Positions 1 through 12,280 of a stretch of DNA of 64,000 bases are shown here, piece by piece. Position numbers and translations under genes: made by a program. The DNA is from Lama glama (lineage: Eukaryota), in contig CM052816.1 of assembly GCA_028534125.1 (NCBI GenBank), positions 94,800,001-94,864,000 of the forward strand. The letters are read 5' to 3'. The notes under the pieces were generated by a model. That model saw only the letters and a list, made by a program, of their open reading frames with translations, was not told the origin of the DNA and searched no databases. The number at the start of each line of letters is the position of its first letter. Position 1 is the first letter of the stretch.

Positions 1-1384
1 GGAACTGAAATGGACATACTTGCTTTGCTGGAGTGTCTGCCTTTAGCAGTGTCTGAAGCTACACTATCTTAGACACCCCCCCAGGAGCCCTTATATCTTA
101 CAGAATAGAAGTTGCTATAGTTTTAGACATTTTTCATTGTACCGAATCAACCTGAAATGTGATAATGTCCAGATTGCCCTATCCACTGTTGCTTATTCTT
201 TTAACAAAGCTAGTTCTTGGCCCTCAGTTCCTCTCTGCCTTCGGGGATGTTTCATTTCCATAAAGTGCATCTATGACTTTACCTCCATGGTATCTTAAAT
301 ATTAGGCTATCACTGCTAATTTGCCCAATGCTTATGGCAGACAGAACTAGGTATGTCAAAAGATCTGTATACAGCCAAGACCACCGTATAGGTTATCTTA
401 AAGTTAGTATGTGTCTGATGACTGACAGCCCATATAATAACACACGTACACACATACCACACACAAAGAAAGACTGATTTACATCACAAGGATTTTAATT
501 AGAATTTTATTAGTATAATTGACGTGGTGTTAAAATTAATTAGCAGTTTTTTTTTCTTGAAGGCACACTAGAAAACAGTATGAGCTGTTTATACACAAAA
601 GCAAGAACATGAATGTAGATGATTTTCAGTATATCAGTGTCATTTAGTATGTGTGTTTCTTTTGGAATTCTCATCTTGTAGGACTTTAAATATACAGCAG
701 GTGGTTCCCATATCACATCACCTTAAAATATTGGCATAATATTTCATGCAAAAGAGAAATAACCTGCAGCCATGAATCTGCCTCCAGTAACATAATAACT
801 TAGAATGTGCTGAATTATTTAAGTGTCATACCTGAGTGGTATCTGACATGGTCCAGAAACCAATACAGCATATTTTTCTCTAATTCATAATAAAAAACAC
901 ATTGTAAATTATAATGTGCATCAGGATATAAATTATTTTCTGTTACAAAATAAAAATAAAAACGACAGCCTAGGAAAATGGATAATTTGCATTGACTGTA
1001 TCAACTGATTGATGTAGAGTTTTTATTCTGATATCACACTTCAGTGGAGTTTTTAGAGCTGGTCCAGTGATTTAAATGATAATTGAGGAAAATCAAGTCG
1101 TCTTCTTCTTATGCTAGAAAATGAGGCTTGTTCACTTTCCTGAAAAATGAAACTCACTTGAAATGCAACTCTCAGAATTGTCTGTCTGTCCCCCAGTACT
1201 TCTTGCATGTTAAAGTGGATTTTAAACCATCTTCTGCAGTGACAGGAAGGTTGTGTATGGCCCACTCTTCACTACACTGAGAAGTAAGTAGGACGCCACC
1301 TTGGACAGCTCCGGGGATGTTATTCACATATATGTGTCCATAAACTGCCTTGTGTGTTTGCAATATTTACATTATCAGCATATC

Positions 1385-1783
1385 TGTGAGTCAGGCCTCT
1401 CCAAAGAAACAGAGCCAACAGGGTGTATAGATAAAGAGAGAGATATATTTCAGGAATTGGTTCATACTATTGTGAAGTGTGAGCAAGGCCAAAATCTGCA
1501 GGGTAGGTCATCAGGCTAGAGACCCAGGGAAGAGTTGTGGTTTGAATCCTAAGGCAGTCTGCTGGCAGAATTCCCTCTCCTTCCTGGAAAGTCAGTCTTT
1601 TTCTATTCATGCCTTCGACTGATTTGATGAGGCCCACCCACATTATGGAGAGCAGTCTGCTTTACTCCAAGTCTTCTGATTTAAATGTTAATCTCATCTC
1701 AAAAATACTGTCACAGAAACATCTGGGATAGTGTCCAACCAAATATCTGAGTACCACTTTGACACATAACAGTAATTATAATA
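1385..1783 (-). mobile_element. MLT2-family (ERVL) solo LTR
   Basis: Contains reverse-strand MLT2 hallmarks such as 'ctctccaaagaaacagagccaaca', 'tgaggcccacccacattatggag..ctgctttactc', 'ttaaatgttaatctcatc' and terminal 'ttgacacataa'. Matched to recalled consensus. Confidence 0.85.
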
Positions 1784-1829
1784 ACCTCATACTGCATAGA
1801 TATAGATATGGGTATAGATGTAGATCCAC

Positions 1830-3010
1830 CTGAAACTTGTTTTTATGACTCAACATTGTTGTTGAGATTTGTCCACATGGATGTATATACGCATATTTCA
1901 TGCATTTTTCTGCTTTGTAAAGTGTTCCTTACATGCATAGACCACAATGTATTTATCTGTTCTCTGAAAGTAGTTAGATGGTTTCCACACTCTTCTTGGT
2001 GAACGTTTATCAAGTAAATAGCGTTCTTGTATGTGTGTCCTTGGACAGATGTGGGGCACTGAAATTGTTGGACCAGAAGGATGTGCATCTTCAGATTTAA
2101 GAGCTACCTTTATTTGTTGTCTGAAATGGTTGTGCCAGTTGATGTTCTTACTATCAGTTAAGGACAGTTCCTGTTTCATCCCATAGGTGCCAACTCTTGC
2201 TGTTATCATTCTTTTAAATCATGGACAGTTTGATGGGTTTGTTGTTTCAGTTTGCATTTCCCCAGTTATCCCTGAAGTTTAGCATGTTCAGAATTGTTAG
2301 TTGTCTGAGAATTGCTTATTCATACCCTTTACCGCTTTACTATTGGACTGGGAGTGATGGTGCTGCAACCAGGTTACCTGGGTGCAGATCCCACTTTTCT
2401 AGTTGTGCGATCTTCTACAAATTTAATCTTGATTATCTATAGTTTCTTTTAACCTTTAAAATGAGACTAATACAGTTATCTACCTTGTTAGAGTTGTTGT
2501 GAGTTCTTAGCAAATTACTACACACACAGTACCTAAATGTGCTTGGTTCAGTAAATGAAAGCCATTATTAATACAAGTAGGAGATATTTATACATTCGTG
2601 ATGTTCTCTAGATTCTAATGTATTCCCCCAATCTGTGACATGTCTCTTACCTTAATGGGGTTTTCTGGCTTTAAAATTTTAATCTATTCAAATTTTGTTC
2701 TTCATACGTCTGTTTAAGAAATCCTCGCTTTTGCTAAGTTCATAATAAATTCTCCTTTATTTTCTTATTAAAATATTCAAGATTTAACCCTTCAGATTTG
2801 TTCTCCAATGTGTCTTGAACTTGTATATGGTGTGAAGTAGGGATCTAATTTTATTTCATTTTTATATCAATATCAATTTTTAGAAAAGCCCTTATTTTTC
2901 AGCATCTTTGCCCCTCTGATTTGTAATATTACCTCTACCTTTATGATGTGGCGTCATTATTTATGTATTTCCACCTGTGCTATCATATTAACAATTATAT
3001 CGTGGTGTGT
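1830..3010 (-). mobile_element. old L1M-type LINE-1 fragment, interrupted by a MIR
   Basis: T-rich antisense L1 motifs: 'ttgagatttgtccacatg', 'accacaatgtatttatctgttct', 'tttgcatttccc', 'tgtatatggtgtgaagtagggatctaattttatt'. Boundaries approximate. Confidence 0.6.
2350..2572 (+). mobile_element. MIR SINE (degenerate)
   Basis: 'cctgggtgcagatccc...agttgtgcgatctt...aaaatgagactaatacagttatctacct...gagttgttgtgag' follows the MIR core order. Confidence 0.6.
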
Positions 3011-3143
3011 ATTCTTAAAGATTTTAAAAATCATGTTGTGTTTAACACATTTGTGCAGATACCCCCCACCTCACCCTACTCCCAGAAATGTACCCTGGTT
3101 TTCAGTTCCCAGCTGCCTTCTTCATTCCTGTGGCCATTCCTGT

Positions 3144-3211
3144 GAGCCTGAATAAAGTTTAATCAAGGACAGGGTCTTCATCAGACCATAGACCTTTGTG
3201 ACACAGAAGAA
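3144..3211 (+). repeat. 68-bp direct copy of 4878-4945
   Basis: gagcctgaataaagtttaatcaaggacagggtcttcatcag[a/g]ccatagacctttgtg[a/g]cacagaagaa; 66/68 identical by direct comparison. Confidence 0.97.
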
Positions 3212-4449
3212 AGACCCCAGGGCTGGGAGGAGCTACTGAAGACTCAGGCTGGGAAGGGAGGGGAGGAGAAGGATGGAGCAGGAGGACGGGGCTTTATCTC
3301 AGGCCCTCTCTGCACAGAGATACCAGTTCTGCTGCTGTCACGCCTGGTCCTTGCAGAATGGCCACCTGTCTACTACTCTCTAGAGAGCAGAGGGGAAAAT
3401 TCCTCTCCTTTTGGGTCCCTAAATGTATGGGGCAGAAAATATGGACTAACATCGCACACTAGCATCCATATCCTCTTGTATCCTCCTCTAGTCTTTTCTA
3501 GAACTCTTCTACCTGCTCCAGAAAGAGTTCTGGTCTCCTCCTGGCCTGATGTTAACCTGTATTCCTCCAAGTTCTGTGGTTTTGGTACCTTCTCTAAATC
3601 AGGCTTGTGTTTGATTTGCAAAGCCAAGGTTTTGTTTAGAATTCTGAGAGCCTTTTTCTCTGTCAGGGCCCTTCTAACAGTGAATGGACTCTGGCCATCA
3701 GACCGGTGACTTCACTTCAAAAACTGTCTTTCGAAACCCAAAGTGGTTGTGAGCTTACATTGCACAGAGGGTGTAAGCTGTGTTCTTCTCTAATGCTCTC
3801 GATCCCTACTTTTCAATATTTCCTGAAGTTCTTAAATGTACTAATATTTCCAATGTTTTCCAAAATCTGTGGATGGCCAGTGCAAGTCACCCGCAAATTA
3901 AATAATAATGGCACTTGTAAGAATATATTGCAACAGAGAAAACATATGAGAGGAACAGTAGAAACAATATAGGTTTTATTTGATAACAGAATCATAGACT
4001 AAAAAAATTATTACATATAATGTGGCTTTCTAATTCTAATCATTACAAACTAATTCTAAAATGATATCTTCTGGTTTAATCCATATGTACCAACTGCCAC
4101 TTTATACCTCAGTGTTTTTAGGCCCAATTTAATTTTTTTTCTTCTGTCACATGCATTAAACGCAAAAGGAAATACTAGTGAGAATAGTTAAGTCCTTTTT
4201 CAAAGGAATGTTGTGAAGTTCAGGGGATACAGACATGTGAAGCCTGTAACTGCAGAACTGCTCACCAAATAGAAGGCATTCCTGCCTAATTCCGTGGGTG
4301 GGCACAGAAAGGATGGACATATGGTGGGGGGCGGGGGAGGATGTGTTAATTAGCATATGGTAGCACTGTAGTAAGAATCAGATGTCAGGTATACCTGTAA
4401 GCTTTGGTCTTCCTCTGTTCTTGTTCAGGAAAGCTTTTAGACTGGGGCC

Positions 4450-4917
4450 TGTCAAAGAGAACCAGAGCTGGACGGCAGTTAAAGTGGCAAAAACAGATCT
4501 TACTCAGGAATTATTGCAATAGGGGAAAGGAGACCCCAGTACAGAACTGAGCACCATTCTGTTTACAAGGAATAGCAGTATTTGTAGCCAAGGAACAGAG
4601 TGAGGGGGGTCAGTGGGTGGGAAATTACCAAGAGGGGTCCTCTAGGGGTGGGAGGGGGTCTTCTCACTAAATCGGCTTGACGGGATTCTTGCTGAAGGCG
4701 GCCAGTGTGATCAGGTGTCACCTGTGGGGTGGCTGGGGATGAGGATCAGATATCAAGAGTGATCCGTTTTCAAGGTTAGGGGTTCTCTCCACAATGACTT
4801 AGCAGGATTCTTGCCCAAACTAGACTCACTAAGCACAGGGGCCAAATTCAAGGCCTGGTTGAGAAGAGGGCTCAGAGGAGCCTGAATAAAGTTTAATCAA
4901 GGACAGGGTCTTCATCA
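4450..4917 (-). mobile_element. MER31-like ERV1 solo LTR with 4-bp TSD GGCC
   Basis: TG...CA ends. The minus strand begins tgatgaagaccctgtccttgattaaactttattcaggctcctctgagccctcttctcaac, like MER31. GGCC occurs at 4446-4449 and 4918-4921. Confidence 0.85.
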
Positions 4918-5569
4918 GGCCATAGACCTTTGTGGCACAGAAGAAGCAAGCTTCTATTTTGCGCTGTCACCCACCTCAATTCTCAGTTGAGTCAGGGAGA
5001 GAGGCAGAGTTCCAGCTGAGAGCACATCAGTGCCTGCTTGCTGAAGGTTAATAGTGAGATCTCCCCAGTGTAACCTCTGCAGCCACCAGTCCACTGCCCT
5101 GCAGTTGGAACCCCAGTGCTAACAGCTCTGCACTGGCCCTTTACACCATCAAATTATACAAATGTGCTGCAGGATGCCCAGAGTGTACCAGAAGGACATT
5201 ACGCACAGGAAGGAGAGTGGGGCTCAGGCCCAGCATGCCCTGCTCTGCAGCAGGGGGAACCTGCCAGCACACTGACCACCTCCATGTTAGAAGAACAGTT
5301 TTATGGTGAAGGTTCCTAATAGCCTCCGTTCTGAAAACTTTATTACAAGCATATTGAACAAGGAAAACAATTCCATAGTAATCAGAGGAGGTGAATGGAT
5401 GCCTGGAGCCAGCACTGCATGGCCGCCACAGTTTCTTCTGAGGAGTTAATTTCCCTTCATTTTATTAAAAAAAAAAAAAAAGAAGACTCAATCCTGAATG
5501 TATTACATATGATTTAATTTATTTTCTATTTTCTAGAAAATCCAAAGGTTTAAGGTATTGCTGTGTTCT

Positions 5570-6015
5570 TTTAGTTTTTGCTTGTATGAGAAATTCTTTC
5601 TACCTCTGTTCTAAATGATGGTCTTACTGGATAGAGTATCTTAGGTTGCAAGTTTTCTCTTTCAGGACTTCTGAATGTATCTTGTCACTCCCTTCTGGCT
5701 AGCAGTGTTTCTGCAGAGAAATGAGCTGATAGCCTTATGAGGGTTCTCTTATAACTAACTCTTTGTTTTTCTCTTGCTGTCTTTGCAATCTCCTCTTTAT
5801 CTTTAACTTTGGCCATTTTAATTATGTCTTGGGGTAGATCTGTTTGGATTCATTTTGTTTGGGACCTTCTGTGCTTCCTGTACCTGGATATCTGTTTCCT
5901 TCTTTAGGTTTGGGAAGTTTTTGATTTCTTCAAATACATATTTGATCCCCTTTTCTCTTTCTTCTCCTTCTGGGACCCCTATTATACATAGACTGGCACA
6001 GTTTATATTATCCCG
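5570..6015 (-). mobile_element. LINE-1 ORF1 fragment (disrupted)
   Basis: The minus strand encodes ORF1p-like pieces (IIGVPEGEE, NFPNLKKETDIQVQEAQ, IRLSAHFSAETL) with frameshifts. Confidence 0.9.
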
Positions 6016-7145
6016 TAGGTCAATCTCAGGTTTAAGACATATGTCTTTCAGATGACCTCTTTATTTTGAATTTCAAATTTATTGAGTCCCTTCTTTCTTT
6101 CTTTCTTCTCCTGTGTTTCCAGTGGCTGGGAAATTGATATACCACTTCAGGTTAATAACACTCCTTATACCATAGACAAAACCAAAGGTTTCTTTATTTG
6201 TACACTATGCATGGGCAAGCTATGTCCATTCCAATACAGGAGAGGAACAAAACCCATATCTGTGTCATATTAAAATCACAGGATTTTTCTAAAAGTTCAA
6301 TAATGGATTAAGCAACTTGGTTAAAAATTACTCAGAATTCCTCACATAAATATGGTAAAGTATAAGGGCTGCAGAAAAAAAAATTAACAATTGTTAAGGT
6401 AGCAGCATTTTGGAGGATTTTAAGACTAGCAATTGAAGATTAAGTCAGGCGACCTTGTTAGGTTGGCTCCAGGGCCTTGATTTATCACTTTCATCTTAAA
6501 AAGATCTGAGGAGAAAGAAGTGCTGGATTGCAGTGAGTTTTAACCTGGGTCTCCTGAGCTGTGAGTAAACGTTCTCCGGCTAAGATATATTATAACATGA
6601 GTGGCACAGTAGCAGAGAGATTAATTGTTGTTAGTTAAGGTCGTAGTTCAATCCATATAGCAATTAAACATTGTGAAAAGTAATAGTTTGTAAGGATTGC
6701 ATTTTCTCATGATTTCTTATTCTATAAGTGTTAAATTTACTCATGAAAGCCTACTTTTTATTACAATGAATGGATTCAAAAAAGAGATGAAGTCACACCC
6801 ACCTGGGTGACCCAAACCATCGTTCATTCTTAGCACCTACAGGGGATGCAACAGTCATACCATAAAAGCGGGCAGGCACCTGTGAATGCTGATTGCAGGT
6901 GGTCACTGTTGGTCCTCCATGAACCAAAGCCGCAGTGTTCATCCTGATGAGGGCTTGAAGCTTATTAGAACTGCCTTTTAAAAGTTGCTTTTAAAAGAGT
7001 GCTCTTTGAAAGCACACATGATTCTTTGGCCCATAACATCCCTAAAATCAGAGAATTCTTTCTAGAGGGGGCAGTAGTACATCAGCACCCAACCCTTTTG
7101 AGTCTCTCTAGTAAGTGTACCTTCTTTGCTCATTTAAAAAATCAG

Positions 7146-7450
7146 TATTTTTAGGGCAGTGAAACTACACAGTAGGGTACTGTGATGGTGAGTACACATC
7201 ACTGTATGTTTGTCCAAACCCACAGACTGTACATCACCAAGAGTGAACCCTGATGTAAACTGTGGACATTGGGTGATCATGGTGTGTCAGCGTAGGCCCA
7301 TCATTTGTATCAAATGTACCACTCTGGTGGGGATGTTGATAACAGAGGATGCCATGCAGGTGTAGGGGCAGGGGACCTAGAGGAAATCTCTGTGCCTTCC
7401 ACTCAGTTCTGCTAGTGAACCTAAAACTACTCTAAAAAATAAAGCCTATT
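7146..7450 (+). mobile_element. L1MC-type LINE-1 3' UTR end
   Basis: 'tttagggcagtgaaacta...tttgtccaaacccacaga...gagtgaaccct.atgtaaact.tggac...aaatgtaccactctggtggggatgttgata...gtgaacctaaaactactctaaaaaataaa'. Confidence 0.85.
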
Positions 7451-8069
7451 AAGAAGCAAAAATGTAAGAATCAGTATTTGTTTAGCATCTGCTTCATGCC
7501 AATCACCCTCCTGGGTGCTGGGGCAGAAAGGTTAGAAACACCAGGCAAGAGGCTTGACCCCCAAGAACGCTGACTGCTGATGCCGATGGGCCTGAGATCT
7601 CTAGTCCCTAATTCCCACACACACATACCAGCTCGCCAGCCGTGGGAATGGGCCGTCTGGAGAGAGGGCTGAGGCTCCCCACATGAAACAGCCTGGAGCA
7701 GAGATGCACTGTCCCTGCTGAGCCCTGCCCAAGTCACTGAGCAAAATAAAGGACTGGTGTCTTAAGCTATAAGTTTTGGAGTAGTAAGTTAGGTGCTTGT
7801 CATGGCCTGAATTGTGTCCCCCAGAATTCATGTTTTGAAGCCTTAGCCCCCAGGACTTCAGAGTGTGACTACATATAGACATAGGGTCATTGAGAAGTGG
7901 CTGAATAGGGACTTCAGGGCAGGCTCTAATCCAGTAGGACTGGTGTCCTTGCAAGAAGAGGAAATTTGAACACAAGACTCATGCCAGGAAGAAAGACCAT
8001 GTGAGGATGCAGGGAGAAGAGACATCCATCTACAAGCCAAGGAGAGAGGCCTCAGAAGAGACCAGCCCT

Positions 8070-8178
8070 GTGCTCGCTTCAGCAGCACGTGCGCTAAAAT
8101 TGGACGGATACAGAGACGGTTAGCCTGGCTCCTGGGCACGGATGACCTGCAAATTCGTGAAGTGGCCCCTATTGTTTT
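8070..8178 (+). pseudogene. RNU6: full-length U6 snRNA retro-pseudogene (5' part of a U6/L1 chimera)
   Basis: Ungapped manual alignment to the recalled U6 sequence GTGCTCGCTTCGGCAGCACA...CAAATTCGTGAAGCGTTCCATATTTTT gives 81/100 over the first 100 nt. It starts at U6 nt 1, keeps the ACAGAGA box (8110-8116) and ends in a T-tract. The upstream flank is LTR sequence, so no native PSE/TATA promoter came with it. Confidence 0.95.
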
Positions 8179-8261
8179 GGTGATGAGCACACTGGAGTGT
8201 ATTCAGAAGTCAAATTATAATGTAACAAACCAATGCTACCTCAATTTTAGACAAAGAAATA
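8179..8261 (+). mobile_element. LINE-1 extreme 3' end plus decayed A-tail fused to U6
   Basis: 'ggtgatgagcacact.gagtgtatt.cagaagtcaaattataat...aaaccaatgctacctcaat' resembles L1MA-type 3' termini. It is followed by an A-rich tail and the degenerate TSD. Confidence 0.7.
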
Positions 8262-9257
8262 AGAAGAAACCATATCTGCTGACAACTTGGTGTTGGCTGG
8301 ACTTCCAGCGCCCAGAGCTGTGAGAAGACAGATGCGTCTTGTTTAAGCCGCCCAGTCTGGGCTGTTTTGTTATGCCGGCCCTTGCAGACTCATACACACA
8401 ACAAGAGACCAGATTCGGTCTCCAAGCATTGACTTTATTCCGTACAGTCCTTCAAGGTTTTGCTGTTGGGCCGTTAGTTTCCTGTTGCTTCATGGGATAC
8501 TATTTCCTAGGCCTGTCTGATTTCAGTAGCACTAACACTGTTCACAGGGCGATGTCAGTCAGTCAAAGGAGCATTTTACAAAAGCTGATGGACTTTGTGA
8601 ACGTCTCCTAAAACATGGTTTACCGGAACGTCTTTCAGTCAGCAGTGTAAACATACATGACCTTCCCTTTCACTCACCGAACTTAGGTGCTCGGGAATTC
8701 ACTGGCCTCGTGTTACCGTTTCTGAAAGGTGAAGGAAACGCTTGCTGCAAGGAGCACAGAGCTGCTGTTGAAAGGCTAAAAAGATGAAGTGCTCAGTACA
8801 GTGTTTTTTGCAGTCAACTAGCTACATGTTTATTAATTCTCGTTTATCTTAAGGAATTCACACGTGGTAAACATGTTATGTACTATTTTGTTGGAGAGAA
8901 GTCCTGATTTTGGCGGCGGGGGTCCGTCTTTTTCTCGCTGCTTCTTTGCCACCACTCCTCGGCAGTGCCGAGCTGTTGCAGCTGCTCCCACCTGGGTCAG
9001 GAGTGAGCCTTTCCCCAGCCACTGACGTCCGCATCCCTTCCCTGCTTGCTCGCTGTTGTGTCCTGGGAGGTGAAGACACACAGGGAAGGGGGCTGAGGGG
9101 CTCCAGAAGGGGGGTAGTGGACTCCTCAAGGGCTGGGGCAGAATGAGACCTTCAGAGGAAAACTGGAGGAAGGAAGAGGCCCGGGGCACAGCTGAAAGCA
9201 CTTGATAATTATAGCGGCGTGCGGGAGAGAACCGTGCAAGTGGACACCTCACCTTGT

Positions 9258-9634
9258 TGCTGGGGATGGATTGTGTCTCCCCATAAAGCAGATGTTGAAG
9301 CCCTGACCCCCATGTGACTGCATCTGGAGATAGAGCTTTTGAAGAGGTGATTTGGTTAAATAAGGTCATAAGGGTGGGGCCCTGGTGGGATGGAAAAGAG
9401 GAAGAGACATCAGAGCGCTCTCTCTCTCTCTCTCTCTCTGCCTCACTCTGTGAGGATACAGGGAGCAGGAAGGCAGCCGTCTGCCAGTCAGGAAGAGAGC
9501 TCTTGCTAGAACCCAGTCACACTGGAACCCTGATCTTAGACTTCCCAGCCTGCAGAACTGTGACAAATTATGTCTACTGTCTATGTCACTGAGTCTGTGG
9601 TCCTTTGTGATGGCAGCCCGAGAGCGCTAAGACG
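9258..9634 (+). mobile_element. MLT1A-like solo LTR
   Basis: 'ggattgtgtctcccc...atgttgaagccctgacccc', internal (CT)n, 'ctggaaccctgatcttagacttcccagcctgcagaactgtga', end 'atggcagcccgag..ctaagac'. Confidence 0.85.
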
Positions 9635-9944
9635 TCTGTTATCCCACCCACGATATGGGTCAGCTTTTAGTAGATTGATATGAACACTGCTGGCCTGTGT
9701 CCCTTTCCGTCTGCAGTAAGGCAATGCTGGATTGTAAGTGTCTGCAATCTGCAGTGAAGGCTGCTTACAGGGAAGAGGGGGAGGAGAAAGCAGGAACAGG
9801 CTGCGTAATCGAAGGCACCAGACTTTAAAGTGAATGGAATGTGTTGGGCTCTTCCTCAAGTGAGGAGGCACCGGAGACAGTGAGCGCCGGAGCGGCAGGA
9901 CTGACTTAGCTCCGGGGAACTCACTCTGGCTGCCTTCTTGCAAG

Positions 9945-10330
9945 TAGACTCAAGAGGGAAGATTCAAAGCAGGGAGGCCCGCTGTTAGGGAGGCCAGTGC
10001 AGAAATCTGGGGTAGAGAGGATGGTGGCGTGGGCCAGTGTGGTGCAGGGATGGCGGTGGGGCGAGTTCAGGATACAGGTGTATTTTGAAGGCATCCTTTG
10101 TTGGCATCTCAGCGTAGGCTTTGGGTCCAGGCTGCTGTCAGATTGGAGCTGTCACACCGAGATGCTGAAGATGGTGAGGGGCACGGTTCTGGAGGCAATT
10201 TCGCAGTCACAGTTTGGTCATTAAGTGTGAAATGTCCCATAGACGTCTGAAGGGAGAATCAACAAGGCCTAGGTAGCCAATTCTGGAAGACAGGGAGTTC
10301 TGGATTGGCAGTGCAAAGTCAGGAGGCCAT
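9945..10330 (-). mobile_element. L2 LINE fragment
   Basis: Purine-rich antisense L2 motifs: 'gcagggaggcc..gttagg.aggc', 'gagaggatggtggc', 'tattttgaagg', 'cagtttggtcattaagtgtgaaatgtcc'. Confidence 0.6.
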
Positions 10331-10524
10331 TGTATACGGAATCAAGCAATCATCCTTCCTCATATGCCCCGGACAACGCAATGCCTGTTTTCCCCAGTGC
10401 GATTGTTTACATCACCCCGTATCAGTCTCAGAGGTGTCCCAGTTTTGACAACAAATTATATCATCACCTTAGTCCACCTCTAGTCCCAGAAGACAGTGTA
10501 TCAAGAAGTTAGTATGACCCCCGA

Positions 10525-10950
10525 GAGTGTAGGGGCGCCCCAGGCCCAGCCCTTGGACCACTTCTCTGTCCAGCTTCATGCATTTCCCAGTGAGCTCATC
10601 CAGGCTCAAGGCGTTCATTACCGTCTGCGTTGCAGTGGCTCACCCGTGACACCCTGGGCACCCTAACTGGCCTCCCTCATTCCGTCCCCGCCCCTGCCCC
10701 AGCCTCCTCTCCTGGCGGCAGCCAGGATAGCACTTCCTCAGATGTCACCTCCTCGTCAGAGGCTCCCCAGGATCAAGTCTCTGCCTGTTCTCTTTAGCAC
10801 TTGGGACGGCCAGATGTACTTTGATGTCTTCCCTCTGGCTTGTCTCCCCCACAGCGTGTGAGCTCTATGGGGAAAGGACTCTTTCTTCCTCATCTCCATG
10901 CCCAGCACATAATAGGTGCTCCTATGAGTGAGTACGTGCAGGATATATGA
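10525..10950 (+). mobile_element. L2 LINE fragments including 3' end
   Basis: 'ccccaggcccagcccttggaccacttctct...gtgagctcatccag' and 3' end 'tgtctccccc...tgtgagctc.atgggga...atgcccagcacataataggtgctc'. Confidence 0.6.
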
Positions 10951-11860
10951 ACAACAGAAAAAGAAACAGACCGCATGGAGGAGGCCCAGTGAGCAGTCAG
11001 AGGCGGGAGGGAGGCAAAGGTAGTTCAAAGGCAGACACTGACGGCAGGAAGGCTCAAGGGCGCTGGGAAGAGGTTGCGGGGAATGAGGAGTGGAGAGAAG
11101 CGCTGGGTTTGCATGTCCCTCCAGACCACTGATGGAGACATGGGGCGGCGTGGCGCCAAGAGAGCTGAGCTGGTGAGGCGTTAAGAGCACCTCGTGGTTG
11201 CAGGGACAGGTGGCGGACGTGGGGCCTTTTCAAAAAGAGGCCAGGGCAGAACGGAAGATGGAGGCGAAGCTGGTAAGACAAGAGGTGAAAGGGGAGGCGA
11301 GGACGGGAGGCTTCGCAGCACAGGTGCAGAGGTGGGAGTTCGCAGAGAGGGAGAGGAGCGTGGGGGAGGCTGGGTGCCTGGGGGGAGCACGGGGAGGGGG
11401 AGCACTGTGGGGCTGTCATCTCCCACGTCCCGCAGCATCGAAGCCCAGAGCAGCCACACCGCATCCAAAGCAGCACTTGGAAGCTGCCCTTGTGATTTCT
11501 AGAACTAAAGCTCTTCTCAGGGTCTTTTTTCCTCCATTAACAAATGAGTTCAAAATGTTTTCTTTTCTAAGTCACTTATTTACTCTTCCCTAAAGAAGGA
11601 AACTAGAAAATCGGGGGGGGGGTAGAGTAATGTCTGTTATTCTTAATAAAAATGATAGTTTTAAATACATTTTCTTAAGTAACTTTATAGAATCAACATA
11701 TGTATTGAGTTCTATGTTTAGCTTATGTCCTTAGGATTATTCTGTAAATCTTCCTCCCACTGCATCAGGAAGGTGGAAAGGCAGGGGACACTTTCAAGTG
11801 GTTCTCTACAGTAAAGAGTATTTTCACTCCATGTGTTTCTTTTTCTGTTCAAAAATATAG

Positions 11861-12280
11861 TGTATTCATTTTGTAGGGCTTTATTCTCTCACAATTCTGG
11901 AACCCCTAAACTGAAACCAAGGTGCCAGCCAGGCCGGACTCCCTCCGAAGGCTCTGGGGGAGGACCCTTCCTCGCCCCCTCCCAGCTCCCAGTGGCTCCA
12001 GGTGTTCTGTGGCTTGTGGCCGCGTCCCTCCGATCTCTGCCACCATCTTCATGTCACCTTCTCCCCTGTGTGTCTTTGTCTCAAATTTCTCTCTCCTTTC
12101 CCGTGTAAGGACACGAGTCATTGGATTGAGGACCCACACTAAGTCAAGGATGATTTGGGGTCAAGACCCTTAACTTAATTACATCTGCAATGACCCTATT
12201 TCAAATAAAGTCCCATCCTCAGGTCCTGGAGGCTAGGACTTGAACACATCTTTCTAGGAGCCACTTTGTAACCCATGACA
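11861..12280 (-). mobile_element. MLT1C-like solo LTR
   Basis: TG...CA ends, with 'ctccctccgaaggctctgggggagga' and 'cttaacttaattacatctgcaatgaccctattt'. Flanks TATAG/TGTAG give a 4/5 TSD. Confidence 0.9.

Larger units (their letters stand above)
7798..8396 (+). mobile_element. MLT1 (MaLR) solo LTR split by the U6/L1 insertion
   Basis: Starts tgtcatggcctgaattgtgtccccc, contains 'ctaatccagtaggactggtgtcctt' and 'gccaaggagagaggcctcagaag', resumes at 8278 with 'gctgaca..ttg...ggacttccagc..ccagagctgtgaga', and ends 'actcataca'. Confidence 0.9.

Noticed and set aside
8070..8178. Functional U6 gene
   Set aside because: It is about 19% diverged from the near-invariant U6, has LTR sequence upstream rather than PSE/TATA, and carries retrotransposition hallmarks.
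8833..11593. ORFs of 120-178 aa
   Set aside because: They overlap MLT1/L2 remnants and GC-rich low-complexity sequence, with no recognisable domain or consistent splice structure.
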